A stretch of DNA of 64,000 nucleotides from Dimorphilus gyrociliatus (lineage: Eukaryota > Animalia > Annelida), in the NCBI GenBank assembly GCA_904063045.1, contig CAJFCJ010000007.1, positions 2,549,404-2,613,403 of the forward strand. Reading direction: 5' to 3'. The position numbers and the translations under genes are program-made. Under the pieces are notes generated by a model. It had not been told where the DNA came from, made no database searches, and saw only the letters and a list, made by a program, of their open reading frames with translations. The number at the start of each line of letters is the position of its first letter. Positions within the stretch are counted from its first letter, which is position 1. This document shows positions 1-10,149 of this stretch, piece by piece.

Positions 1-1220
1 TCAATGATTTTTGACAAATGAGTCAATAGTTGCTCGTCAATACCGCCGTTTACATCAAGATCGAAATAATTTTGCGGTAGCGAATTATTATTTTGATGAC
101 CATTGAATGTGCGTTGTACAAAAACGAAAGAGCCGTCAAGTGCAGTTTCCTTTAGAATCGTTTCATCTAATTCCTCCTCTAAACCTTTAAAGAATGGACA
201 TTATTTGTTATTTCTTAACAATTCGTCACGCACGGTACTCACTAGAACGCAAATAAGAATTCATCAATCCATTTAGAACTGCCTCCTTCTCCCATTCAAT
301 CAAACCACCTGGTGGAGGGGAACAAAGCTTCGCCTTTGGTGGTATAACTGTATAGGCAGTCGACAAGAGCGTCTGTGCAGCGGCATCGTGACAAACATTT
401 TGCATTATTGTATTATAATCTTCAATATCGATTTCAGTTGGAAGGGAAAGAGGTCCTATTTTATTGCCTATGCAAACTATAGCCAAATCATGTTTATATT
501 TTCGTAAAAAATACTTAGATAAAGTGCGGTCAGCGTGATTGCCATATCCGGAATACATTACTTCGAAGTCGTATCCCCTTTCTCTCAAGCTATCACGTAT
601 TTCTGGGAAGATATTGGAATCGAAAACTTTCTTTTCAACTTCCCATTCAATTCCATTCATAATCAAGTGTAAACGAATTATATTCTCGTCGTCACATATT
701 GTATTATCCATACGCCCATACAATAACTTTTGTATTCGATTTTGCAAAGTCGAAATGGACGCAACTTTTGGATCTTCAGGCTTTGGTAGAGAAGGTGACG
801 GCGGTCCGTGAGAACTTTGATGAAGAGGAGATTCGCTGTCAAGTGGTTCGGATGGTTCTTCGTCTAAAGAATCGTCATTAGAGCTACTATCACCCGATAT
901 ACTGGTTCTTTTTCCAGTTTTCGTAGAGTGAATAGACCTTTAAGTTAGAAAAAAGCTAATTAAGAACAAATATTCAAAATTATTCGTATGAATGCAAAAG
1001 ATCCTTATAAAGGTAACATAGAGTCGTTATATGTTTTTCCCCATAGCAACAAACTATAATGATGAACGCAGGTTAACGCGTTGAAAGATACTTAAATTAT
1101 TGTCAGGCCTAGAAGCGTTTAAAATTTGTTGTGCAAAATGAAATTAACTTACATCTCGTTTCTGGTTGAACTGTTGTTATGAGTTTGAGGCGGTACGCCG
1201 TTGGAACATCCCGCCCCCAT
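1..1220 (-). CDS. NACHT/WD-repeat (NWD1/NWD2-like) protein, N-terminal part; gene continues beyond the left edge
   Basis: Exons 1220-1153, 937-234 and 184-<1 splice in frame at GT-AG sites, starting MGAGCSNGVP. The segment VFDSNIFPEIRDSLRERGYDFEV...CIGNKIGPLSLPTEIDIEDY resembles the DUF4062-like N-terminal domain of NWD proteins. NACHT and WD domains are not in the window. Confidence 0.65.
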
Positions 1221-1320
1221 CTTCTTCTTTTCCGTTCCTCTTCGAGAGAATGAATGTCGAGCAACAAACGCGGTGACGTCATTACACATCGATTGAAGAT
1301 AGCGCTCGGGCATATGCGTT

Positions 1321-1334
1321 GTTGCCATAGATAT
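1321..1334 (+). promoter_or_regulatory. RFX X-box-like motif GTTGCC-AT-AGATAT; a second half-site TTCCCC-AT-AGCAAC lies at 1037-1050
   Basis: Close match to the X-box consensus GTNRCC-AT-RGYAAC, about 100 nt upstream of the NWD-like ATG; the second site is in intron 1. Confidence 0.5.
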
Positions 1335-1534
1335 TAACTACGGTTAATTGAAAAATGCGAATAAAAAAAACTCTTTCGAGTAAAGGCTTTTCGTTCAGCA
1401 AAACTCAATGGGTTATTGATCAAAACTGATGTTGCATTGTGTTCTAGTTCTTGAATTTTAATTTTTCTGCTTATTAAGAGCATATCTTTAACTCCACTTC
1501 ATCATTCTTAATTCGTATCACGCGCCATTTCTAT

Positions 1535-1680
1535 TGACGTCATCAGTGACCCAGAAATGTTTATGTTCGGCGAAAATCGGTAATTTTCGGTAACGAATGA
1601 GCACTCCTGTTACAAATCGCTTATTTACATTTAACCAATCAGAAGCGAGAACACTGTAATGGTGAATCCAAAATGGCGGG
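1535..1680 (+). promoter_or_regulatory. Bidirectional promoter elements between the NWD-like gene and PPP4R1: CRE, CCAAT box and YY1-like motif
   Basis: TGACGTCA near 1535, AACCAATCAG near 1633, and AAAATGGCGG overlapping the PPP4R1 ATG at 1673. Confidence 0.45.
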
Positions 1681-4600
1681 TATATCATTATAAGCTTTTT
1701 TTTTTAAATTTCATATGTCTGATTATATTCTCAACATTTAATCATCGATTAACTCAACTACAGATTACGATCCTTTTCAACCATACGAAGAACAAGAGCA
1801 GTATGACGGTAAGTCTTGCCATTTCGGGTTGTCGCTCTTGTAGAATCATTAGTACTAGCTATGTCATTGTTAAATGAGAGAATTTGGCTTTTTACAACGT
1901 GTATCCGCAAAAATGAAGGCTTGTTTTATGATGTATAAGTATTATGTAACTCCTATACCGCAAATGAGACTCTGTTGCAAGCTTACAGAAATTTTAAATT
2001 GGTGCGATATTCCTGACAGCACCGACAGTACTTCACGTGCTACTCCGAAAATAGGTCACGAAATTTCTGGTATTCTAATACTAGAAATTTAATTTATAAT
2101 TTATTTTAAAGACATATTGAGTGTTGGCGCTCGGAAAGTACCACCATTTTAACGATGATAAGAATCAATAAATTGATGGAGGGAACGAAGGTTACGAGAC
2201 TTTGCAAACTTACGTCTCGCAGAGGGGCGGTTTGTTGCAAATTGGACTACTGCCAAAACGTTGGCGAGATTATCTTTCGCTGATGTTATACGCTGTTTGT
2301 AAGAGAAAGCTTCATTAAATCCTTACCTGTAAATTGCCAAGTTCTTGTATATAGCATACTTTATGTTGCAAATATGCGACAGAAGTGTAAAGTAATCAAA
2401 TTACTTTACTGCGTAGCATCTGTGGTCTTTCGCGATGAATAATCATAACCAAATATGACCAATAAGGTTTACATTTCATTTGTTTGTTTTCTATCCTGCA
2501 ATTTACAGCGCTTTCTAAACAGGGGGATTATTACCAGGAAGCGAAATAAGCGGCATGGAAGAGGACTTCGATTCGGAAGCGTTCGACGAAGAGCAATTAA
2601 CCCGTATGCAACGATTACGCAAACATCTTGACGGTGAAAATGCGTTTGATAGGTGAATTCTTTTATTACGCAACTCATAAAAATAAATCTAATTACAATT
2701 TTATATTAATTCAGGCAAATGGTTGCTAGAAATATAATGGAAACTCTACGAGAGGCAGTTGACTCTGACGAGAGCCAAATAAGGGAAGTTATGGAGGCCG
2801 TCGAAACACTTTCGAACGATGTTGATTATACTGTTCGATCAGACCTGGTCGAACAAATTCCTCACCTCGCAATATTCTGCCACGAAAATCTAAATTTTCA
2901 ATCTTACCTAAGTCTTCGTATATTACCAATCGTTAAACGATGTCTAACTGATACAAATCACCATGTGAGGAAAACAGTTCAGGCTGCTCTTATTGTAATC
3001 ACAGACCAGGGGCTGATTCCACCTAATGAGATTGAAAACGAAATTTGCCCTACTATATTAAAGCTGGCAGACCATGGTCACGAAGACTATCGAACGGAAG
3101 CTGTGACTGTGAGTACTAGCTCTTATTACGACTAAGGGAGTGATACTAACCGCAGTCGGTACGATTATTTCGGGGTAGTTCCTTACGTTATTCTTTCATC
3201 AAAGTAGCAATTGCCGTCGGCCCTGTGAAAGACATGGGTAGTGAGATGTGAACATTCGACACCTCTCTACTCTGTCTTTCGTCACGGACGTCGGCTGGAA
3301 CACTTTCACTGGATGAATGCGAGCTGCAAATACATGGTGCTTTATTTATAGAAGAAGTATGATTAATTCCGGTGAGTGATCGCAATCATTATTAATGCAT
3401 GGCGGAGGCAACGGACTGTTTTCGATTTACTGGACATGAGTAAGAACGGAAATCAAAACTGTGAAGGCGGGCCGTGTCAATGCTGGACTGTTGTAGTCGA
3501 CGTTTTCTATCACAGCCAGCTTTGATGAGCCCCGAGTACACAATTGCATCCCAAGAACCAAAAGTGCTAAATGTTCTCCAACGCACGGTTCAAGTACCTG
3601 TGGTCTGTAATTGAGATCATATCACAGCCTGCTTGGATCATACGTTGGTAGTTCTCTGCACTGTTGCTTTATTTAGGAAACAATTGTCAACAGCTCGTTG
3701 CCTCTAACGCGTTGAGTGACGCATCAAAGTGACTGAGAAATGGCTGCTTAATTGCACATATCACAGCCAGCTTTGATGAGCTATTCAATGTGACGGTACA
3801 ATTCTTCGTCAGTAGGTGCACACCTTACGTCTTTTGCACAAGTAGTTCGTGGCTTGTCGAGTGGCAGTGATGTGTCGATTTCATGATCATATCACAGCCA
3901 GCTTTGATGAGCTATGCGCGCTTTTCAATCCTCGCTAATGCTAACTTTTTATTATTTTAACAGCTACCTTATTCTTTGCAAGTAGGGCGAATCAAAGTAG
4001 TTGTGGTGTGCTGTCTTTCGGTTCATATCACAGCTTGCTTTGATGAGCTTAGCTTTGCTCTTTGATCACTGTCGAATTTCGATCTATTATTTCGATAATT
4101 CTTTCATGCTATTAATAATAAGTACTGACTGCAGTAGTTGGAACAGTTTATCGTAACATTCACTTATCTTATGCCCCATATTCTTACAGTTAATGGTTAA
4201 GATGGCACCGTTGTTTGGCTATGAAATCGCTAAAAAGATACTATTAGATAAATTTTGTGAAATGTGTGAGGATGTGATTTTTCATGTAAGAAAGTTATGT
4301 GCGTCTATTATGGGAAGTTGGTGCAAGTTTATGGGGGAAAAAGATACAGAGGAAATATTATTATCCCGTTTTATAAAGCTTTGTAAAGATGACGTTTGGG
4401 GCGTCAGAAAATGTTGCATAGAAAGTTTTGTCCATGTTGCTAAAATATGCTCAAGGGAGCTGAGAAGAAGTACGTTGACAAAAACATATTTGGAGTTGTT
4501 ATTGGATAGTTCAAGATGGGTTCGATTAGCTGCATATGAAAGTTTAGGAGCTTTTATATCAACATTTGCCCGTCCCTCCTCCGAATCCGGTTTCGAAGTA

Positions 4601-6306
4601 CGAGACGGAAGTCTCGTACGAGTAAATGCGGATGGTGAATTGGGTGATGACACAAAGTACGTTTTTTGTAATGCTATGATTAAGGATTAGTGTACCACTA
4701 TGATGAAACATAATCCATTCTCTGAAGCTTGCTTACCGTCAGTAGCTGCCACTCTGAGGCTTGTTGAAATGGGTCAGTCGATAGTATGAGGTTTTCTCAT
4801 CAGTCGCCTGCTTGTTAAACAAGTTTCTGCTATTGTTGGTCAGCGGCACAAGATTAATTAGTTTTCTGAATATCTATATAACCTCTTGAATAATTCGAGT
4901 ACATTCGTTAATTGTAATTCCGGAGTTAAAGGTAGTTCTATTTTACCACTACAGCTCGCTTTGCGACGAAGATGCAATAAAATACAATTCCTTCGAGTTT
5001 TGGAGAACACCACTGCCAGAAATCGATTTATTGTTGCTCGAGGACGACAACGCCATCTTATCGGACGGAAACAACAGTAATGCTCAGCGAAAAGAGCAAA
5101 AAGCCGTTAGGGAAATTGATGATGCCAAGTTGAGTTCTGCCTTAGAAGAGAGGCTAAGCGTATTTGATGATAACGAGTCAAACGCTAGTAGGTTTGCACC
5201 AATAATCAAGGATGATTTGCTGTCATATCACAAGGACAGTGAAGAATTAGTAGAAACAACCCCAATCTCTGAATTGGCAATACAACAAGATGTGATTCCA
5301 CACGAACTATTAGAACATTTTTTAAGAATGGGTGAACAATCTGCTGCTCAAACTGTTGATCTAGATATTGCTAGGCATTGTGCCTACTCATTTCCGGCTG
5401 TCGCATTGACTTTGGGTCGAAAAAATTGGAACTGTTTACGAGAATTATACAAAAAATTAGGCGAGGATCAATTGCAACAAGTAAGATTTATTGTTAAGTT
5501 CTTTTAATTATTGATCTTAATCGATTTCTCTTCAGTGGAAAGTTAAACGAACGCTGGCTTGTTCGATTCATGAATTGGCTCAAATTGTTGGAACGGAAAT
5601 AACTATAACAGACATATTGCCTGTGTTTAATAATTTGTACAACGAAATGGACGAGATAAGAGTAGGAGTTTTGAAGAACTTATCAGTCTTCCTTACTCAA
5701 CTACCGCCCAACGAACGCGCTAAATACTTGCCTCGTCTAGGTGAATTTCTGAAAAGCAATAACGGTGCTATGGACAGTAAGAATTGGCGCTTCAGGGAGC
5801 AGTTGGCTGAACGTCTTATACAAATCATTCCCTTGTTTTCTGCCGTTCAAGTTGATAAACACATTGTACCAATCGCTTTAACGTTAGTTGTGGACAAGGT
5901 TTGTGCTGTTCGGCAAACTGCACTTTTGCTGCTAGCACTTGTTTTAAAGCGTCTTTCTAGTGACGACAGGCTCGTTGCTGATTTAACTAATTCATTACTG
6001 AATTGTTTGGCGCTGTCTAGTAGCTGGCACTTACGACAGTCCTATGCTACACTTTGTCAAAGGCTTCTTGAACACAATAGTGTTTCTAGTTGGACATTCG
6101 CATATCTTATGCTACCGTCGTTAGTTGCCTTGGCTACTGATAAGACAGTGAATGTTCGAATTGCAGTTGCTCGTTGTATGGATCGTTGTGTTTGCAGTGA
6201 TACCTATCTGATAAGTACAGAAAATGCACAAGCATCTGATTTACTAGAAACAATTGAGCAGTTAAGAAATGATGCAGATGTCGATGTTAGGTCTATGTTT
6301 ACTTGA
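1673..6306 (+). CDS. PPP4R1: Serine/threonine-protein phosphatase 4 regulatory subunit 1 (HEAT repeats)
   Basis: Exons 1673-1679, 1764-1808, 2523-2652, 2715-3108, 4190-4656, 4955-5480 and 5536-6306 splice in frame. Motifs RQMVARN, VRKTVQAAL, FHVRKLCA, DDVWGVRK, SRWVRLAAYESLGAFISTFA, FWRTPLPEID, IARHCAYSFPAVALTLGRKNW and WKVKRTLA match PPP4R1. Confidence 0.95.
3212..3296 (+). ncRNA. mir-71: pre-mir-71 hairpin
   Basis: Mature TGAAAGACATGGGTAGTGAGATG at 3226-3248 pairs with the downstream arm CCTCTCTACTCTGTCTTTCG; located in PPP4R1 intron 4. Confidence 0.95.
3468..3533 (+). ncRNA. mir-2: pre-mir-2 hairpin, copy 1
   Basis: Mature 3p TATCACAGCCAGCTTTGATGAGC at 3508-3530, the canonical miR-2a sequence; complementary 5p arm GTGTCAATGCTGGACTGTTGTAG. 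Confidence 0.95.
3578..3648 (+). ncRNA. mir-2: pre-mir-2 hairpin, copy 2 (variant)
   Basis: Mature TATCACAGCCTGCTTGGATCAT at 3620-3641; basal stem CCAACG/CGTTGG. Confidence 0.9.
3716..3786 (+). ncRNA. mir-2: pre-mir-2 hairpin, copy 3
   Basis: Mature TATCACAGCCAGCTTTGATGAGC at 3759-3781; 5p arm GCATCAAAGTGACTGAGAAATG. Confidence 0.93.
3843..3916 (+). ncRNA. mir-2: pre-mir-2 hairpin, copy 4
   Basis: Mature TATCACAGCCAGCTTTGATGAGC at 3890-3912; 5p arm GGCTTGTCGAGTGGCAGTGATGTG. Confidence 0.93.
3983..4052 (+). ncRNA. mir-2: pre-mir-2 hairpin, copy 5 (variant)
   Basis: Mature TATCACAGCTTGCTTTGATGAGC at 4026-4048; 5p arm GAATCAAAGTAGTTGTGGTGTG. Confidence 0.92.
4695..4762 (+). ncRNA. Candidate box C/D snoRNA in PPP4R1 intron 5
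   Basis: C box ATGATGA at 4700-4706, D' CTGA at 4722-4725 and D CTGA at 4754-4757. The D' guide TAATCCATTC is complementary over 10 nt to the conserved LSU rRNA sequence GAAUGGAUUA. The terminal stem and C' box are weak. Confidence 0.7.
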
Positions 6307-6317
6307 ACTTCCCCGAT

Positions 6318-6337
6318 CTTATCAAAAAGGCTGTGAT
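6318..6337 (+). promoter_or_regulatory. miR-2 (K-box) target site in the PPP4R1 3' UTR
   Basis: CTTATCAAA-AA-GGCTGTGAT pairs with miR-2 nt 2-10 and nt 14-22. Confidence 0.75.
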
Positions 6338-7047
6338 TTGACTAAAAAATATAAAATTCATACTTTAATTGTAATAATTCAATATATATTTATACCCTCT
6401 ATAAACAATAAATTTTCAGTTTTTTTCTAATATTTTTGTACTTTTCTCAAATTTTGTGCACTTGAAATTATAAGAATGGCACTAGTTCATATAAAATTTG
6501 GCAAAGAGATACAGTACAGTTTATAAAGTATAATCAATACAATTTGAGCAATCCAAGAAAATTGTTTATAACATTTACAGTAAAACTAGTTTTATCACCT
6601 GCAAAATCAAAGCTAGGAATGCTCATGCTACGTTTTGCTGATTTCCTGTTGTTACAAAACTCGCATATGTTATTCTTCATGTGAAATAAAGTGTTAAGTT
6701 TTTAAACGTACAAACTATAAGGTCACCTCCAAAGTATGAATAGAGTAAACACTAATAAATCTAACTAGCAAGACATTTGTAAAAACTAATATTGTCAATA
6801 TTGAAGTGCTGGTAAACACAATTATTCATATTTGGTAAAGGAAAGAGATAAACAATAGTTATATAAACTTTTATGCTAAACAACTCTGCACAATGAAGTT
6901 AACAATGTCTGTAACAGCCTAGGTAATTAACTAAACTACGAAAACTAGTACTCAAGTGGTTCATAAGTGTATAGTTTGTTGTATTGAAGCGGTTTGTACA
7001 TATATAACAGTAATAACATTTAAGAACACATAATTCGTAAAGATGGA

Positions 7048-9680
7048 TTAAGTTGCCTCATTGTCGTTGACAGGTATAAGCGTTAAGCCGGGTGCTAACT
7101 TTTTTTTCGCTGTAAAGCTAAGAGAATCCTTATCAAAATTCAAAAGAACAATGCCTAAATCACCATCAAATCTGTTCTTTGCAACTTGGATATACTTCTT
7201 TCCACGCACCATAGAAAATCTTTTATCTTGCAAAATTAAAATATTGTCAGCTTCCTGACTAGCCTTGGCACTCCCAAAGATAGAGGATACCGTTAAATTA
7301 TCAGTTTCATTTTCCTTACGAGGATGAATAACAAGGGTAACATGACAGTTCATATGAGTAGCAAATTTCCTGAAAGCTGCTATAATTTGATCTTGCTTCA
7401 AAAAGCGATCTGACGCCATTCCCGCGTTGTCAAGACCCATCATAAATTGTAAATTGTCAACAACGATATGAGCTATATCATGTATATAAACTGCATGAGA
7501 CATTGTCTGTATAAGGAAAGAAATAGGAAAGCACGTTACATTGATCAAAAGATGATGAATGAAAGTTAGAAATAGGATCCCCACCTCTATTACTCTGTTT
7601 ACTTGCTGCTGGCCATGGAAAGTCATAAAGTACATAGGTAACTTTTCAAATAGATCTGCCCATTTATCATAATCCTTTTTCGAACATTGAGTGAGCTTTT
7701 GCCTTTAAATACAGTCCTTAAAAATTCAGTTTTTAAAGTAACTTTAAAATTATCCTACCTAGCAAATTGAGTCAACATTGTTTTTAATAGCCTTACATTA
7801 GATATTTCAAAACTACCCCAGAGGGTGTTGACACCTTGAGTACAGAGATCTAATGAATATTCGCTGATAAATGTTGTTTTTCCCGAACCAGTAGGTCCAG
7901 TAAAGACTGTTAATTCACCGCGTCGATGACCCTTTAAAAGCTTTACTAATTGTGGATATCTTTTCCACTAGAAAATATAAAGAAAATGTGTTCAGGATAA
8001 AAATTAACGAAAAAGAGCTATTCGTTTAAATTATATACTTTGACACCGGCAACTAGCTCAACTTCGCTTAGTTCTGTAAAAACCTCCTGCCTCAGTTGAA
8101 AGAAAGATGTTATGGATTCATGCCGAATTGGTTTGGCGCTGTCAATTATTTTTACTAAATCTAAACCTTTTTTAAGGGCTTTATGAGCCGATGGGCAGTC
8201 GTTAGAAGGCCTGCAAAAAAAAAAAGGACTCTTTGTAACGCAGAGTGCATGTTTAAGTAAGGAAATTTAGACCTTATCAAACGACATCTGGACTCCCCCA
8301 ATTTTTTTGCTAATTGTCTCGCTGTTCCCCATGTATTTTGATCACCTCCTAACCAAAGGATAATTTTTTGAAATTGTTCAAATAATGGAAGAACCTTAAT
8401 GACCATAATTACATTAATAGATAAATAGAGTGTAATCATTTAATATGAAGCATTACTTGTTGTGGTAGCGTAGCTCCTGTTGGAAGAGCAACGCAAGGTA
8501 AATTTGTTGCTTGATGAACTGACATTGCATCAAACTCATCAGCTGTAATAACAATTTCATTATTATTAGACCGAATTGTATTCCAGCCAAACAATGCCGA
8601 TGCTCCATTTCTGTTTGATAGAGATAGAAGTAGTACAAACATCTTTTATAAGTTAATATTTTCGTTTCATATGTTAAGTAGAAATAATAATTACAAGTAT
8701 GAAAGAGCTGGTACATAATCATATCTCTGCTGTTTACCAACAGGTTGATTAAAGTAAAATATTTTGCAACATCGTATTCTTCCATCAGCGGCAATAAGAG
8801 GAAAAATAAAACCGGTCTGTTCTTTTAATATTCGAACTTTATACTTTTCAAGGATTTCTGCTTTGATCTTTGGAAAGAAAAAAAAACGACATCGTACTAA
8901 AGAAATGTGATTTTAGAGTTATAACCATTAAATTATTGGTGGCAAACGCAGCATTAGCTACTCTCTCCTGTGTAGACCAGAATTCAGTAGATTTCACAAT
9001 TGCGTCATCAAATTGATTAACATTAATATTTTGAAAGCATTTATGAGCCGGAGATTTTCTGTTTGTAATTATTTAATTATATTAAAGTTTTTCAATTAAT
9101 AATTAACATTAAAAGCAATCATTTACTTTGTCTTATCCAGGTAAATATCATATATGGTATTGATATTTTCGCATAGAGATTCAAAAGAACCATTTTTACC
9201 GCACGATTGACAAACAAAATGACCTATTAAAAATTTGCAAACGATTAATACTTGACGTATATAAATAATAAATACCTAAATAGAGTTTATAATTAGATAT
9301 GTAAATGTCTATACATATTACAATAGTAAACTTTAGTATACAATGTTCTATTTACCGGTTGTGGAATTGATGAATAACTTTTCTATTTGTTTCAAATGCA
9401 ATTTCCTTAAAGAGTGCTTCGGGCAAGTTGTTATGACACAAGTATGCCCAATGTCGTATACCATCTTTTTTTCTCCCAAAAATTTTTTGATCGTCAATAG
9501 CCCGACTTTCTTAGAGTAATCAGCTTCGTTAAGGATGCTGGATTTGGCCGAGGGATTCTGCGCTTTAATGTTCGCATTTTCTTCTGTGTGGTACCTAACA
9601 GCGTCATTATTATTCACACTCTTCCAAGCGCAAATAACAGCTTTCTTCTGTTTTATTATCTGTTTCGTTAGATTTTGCAT
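7048..9680 (-). CDS. TWNK: Twinkle mitochondrial DNA helicase
   Basis: Multi-exon and in frame. Basic N-terminal transit-like peptide, Cys-rich domain (HTCVITTCP...[15 protein letters not shown]), TOPRIM-like IILWLGGD, Walker [10 protein letters not shown], and [11 protein letters not shown]...[11 protein letters not shown]...KNRFDGDLG. Confidence 0.95.
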
Positions 9681-10149
9681 GTTTTTCCATTATGTGACCC
9701 GAACTTAGATCAATGAGCGAACTTAGGCCAATTGCTTTACGGATTATCGCTCTTAACTCAAATAAATCATATGGACAAATAACGGTTTTGAAATTTAATT
9801 ATGAAAAAACTGTATAAATCGTTCTCAAGGGATTTTTTAACCGGAAAAGTGTACTTAATTCGAATTTAGTGCAGAATAATTATCGGCAGGGAGCGAAGCG
9901 CGGTTAGTTTGATAAAAGCAAAAAATCCTCATACAGCATGTCAAGAAACTGGTAGTATGTGCAATTTGAACGCACGTGCGCATTAGATGTTTACTACTAT
10001 TTCAATACTGAATTTTATCAATTTATAAACGAAAAGAAAACATATATCAGCAATAAATAACGATTAGATTTAAGACAGCGCGTCACTTTTCTGATTGCAT
10101 TTGCTATGAAAAGTTCTAAAGCTATTTTCTCAATCTCAATCTCCTTAGT

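Noticed and set aside
3130-3190. Structured segment upstream of mir-71 as a possible extra miRNA
   Set aside because: It folds into a branched structure with a large bulge rather than a Drosha-type stem.
3508-4048. Five ~23-nt direct repeats with unique spacers, resembling a CRISPR array
   Set aside because: The repeats are mature miR-2 sequences in hairpins inside a spliceosomal intron; spacing is irregular and there are no cas genes.
4761-4822. Imperfect 62-nt hairpin with a nearby ACA downstream of the C/D snoRNA
   Set aside because: Too many mismatches for a pre-miRNA, no H box, and no recognisable mature sequence or target.
8760-8900. Apparent frameshift in Twinkle suggested by the fragmented ORF track
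   Set aside because: Manual translation gives a continuous frame ([24 protein letters not shown]) with normal GT-AG introns.
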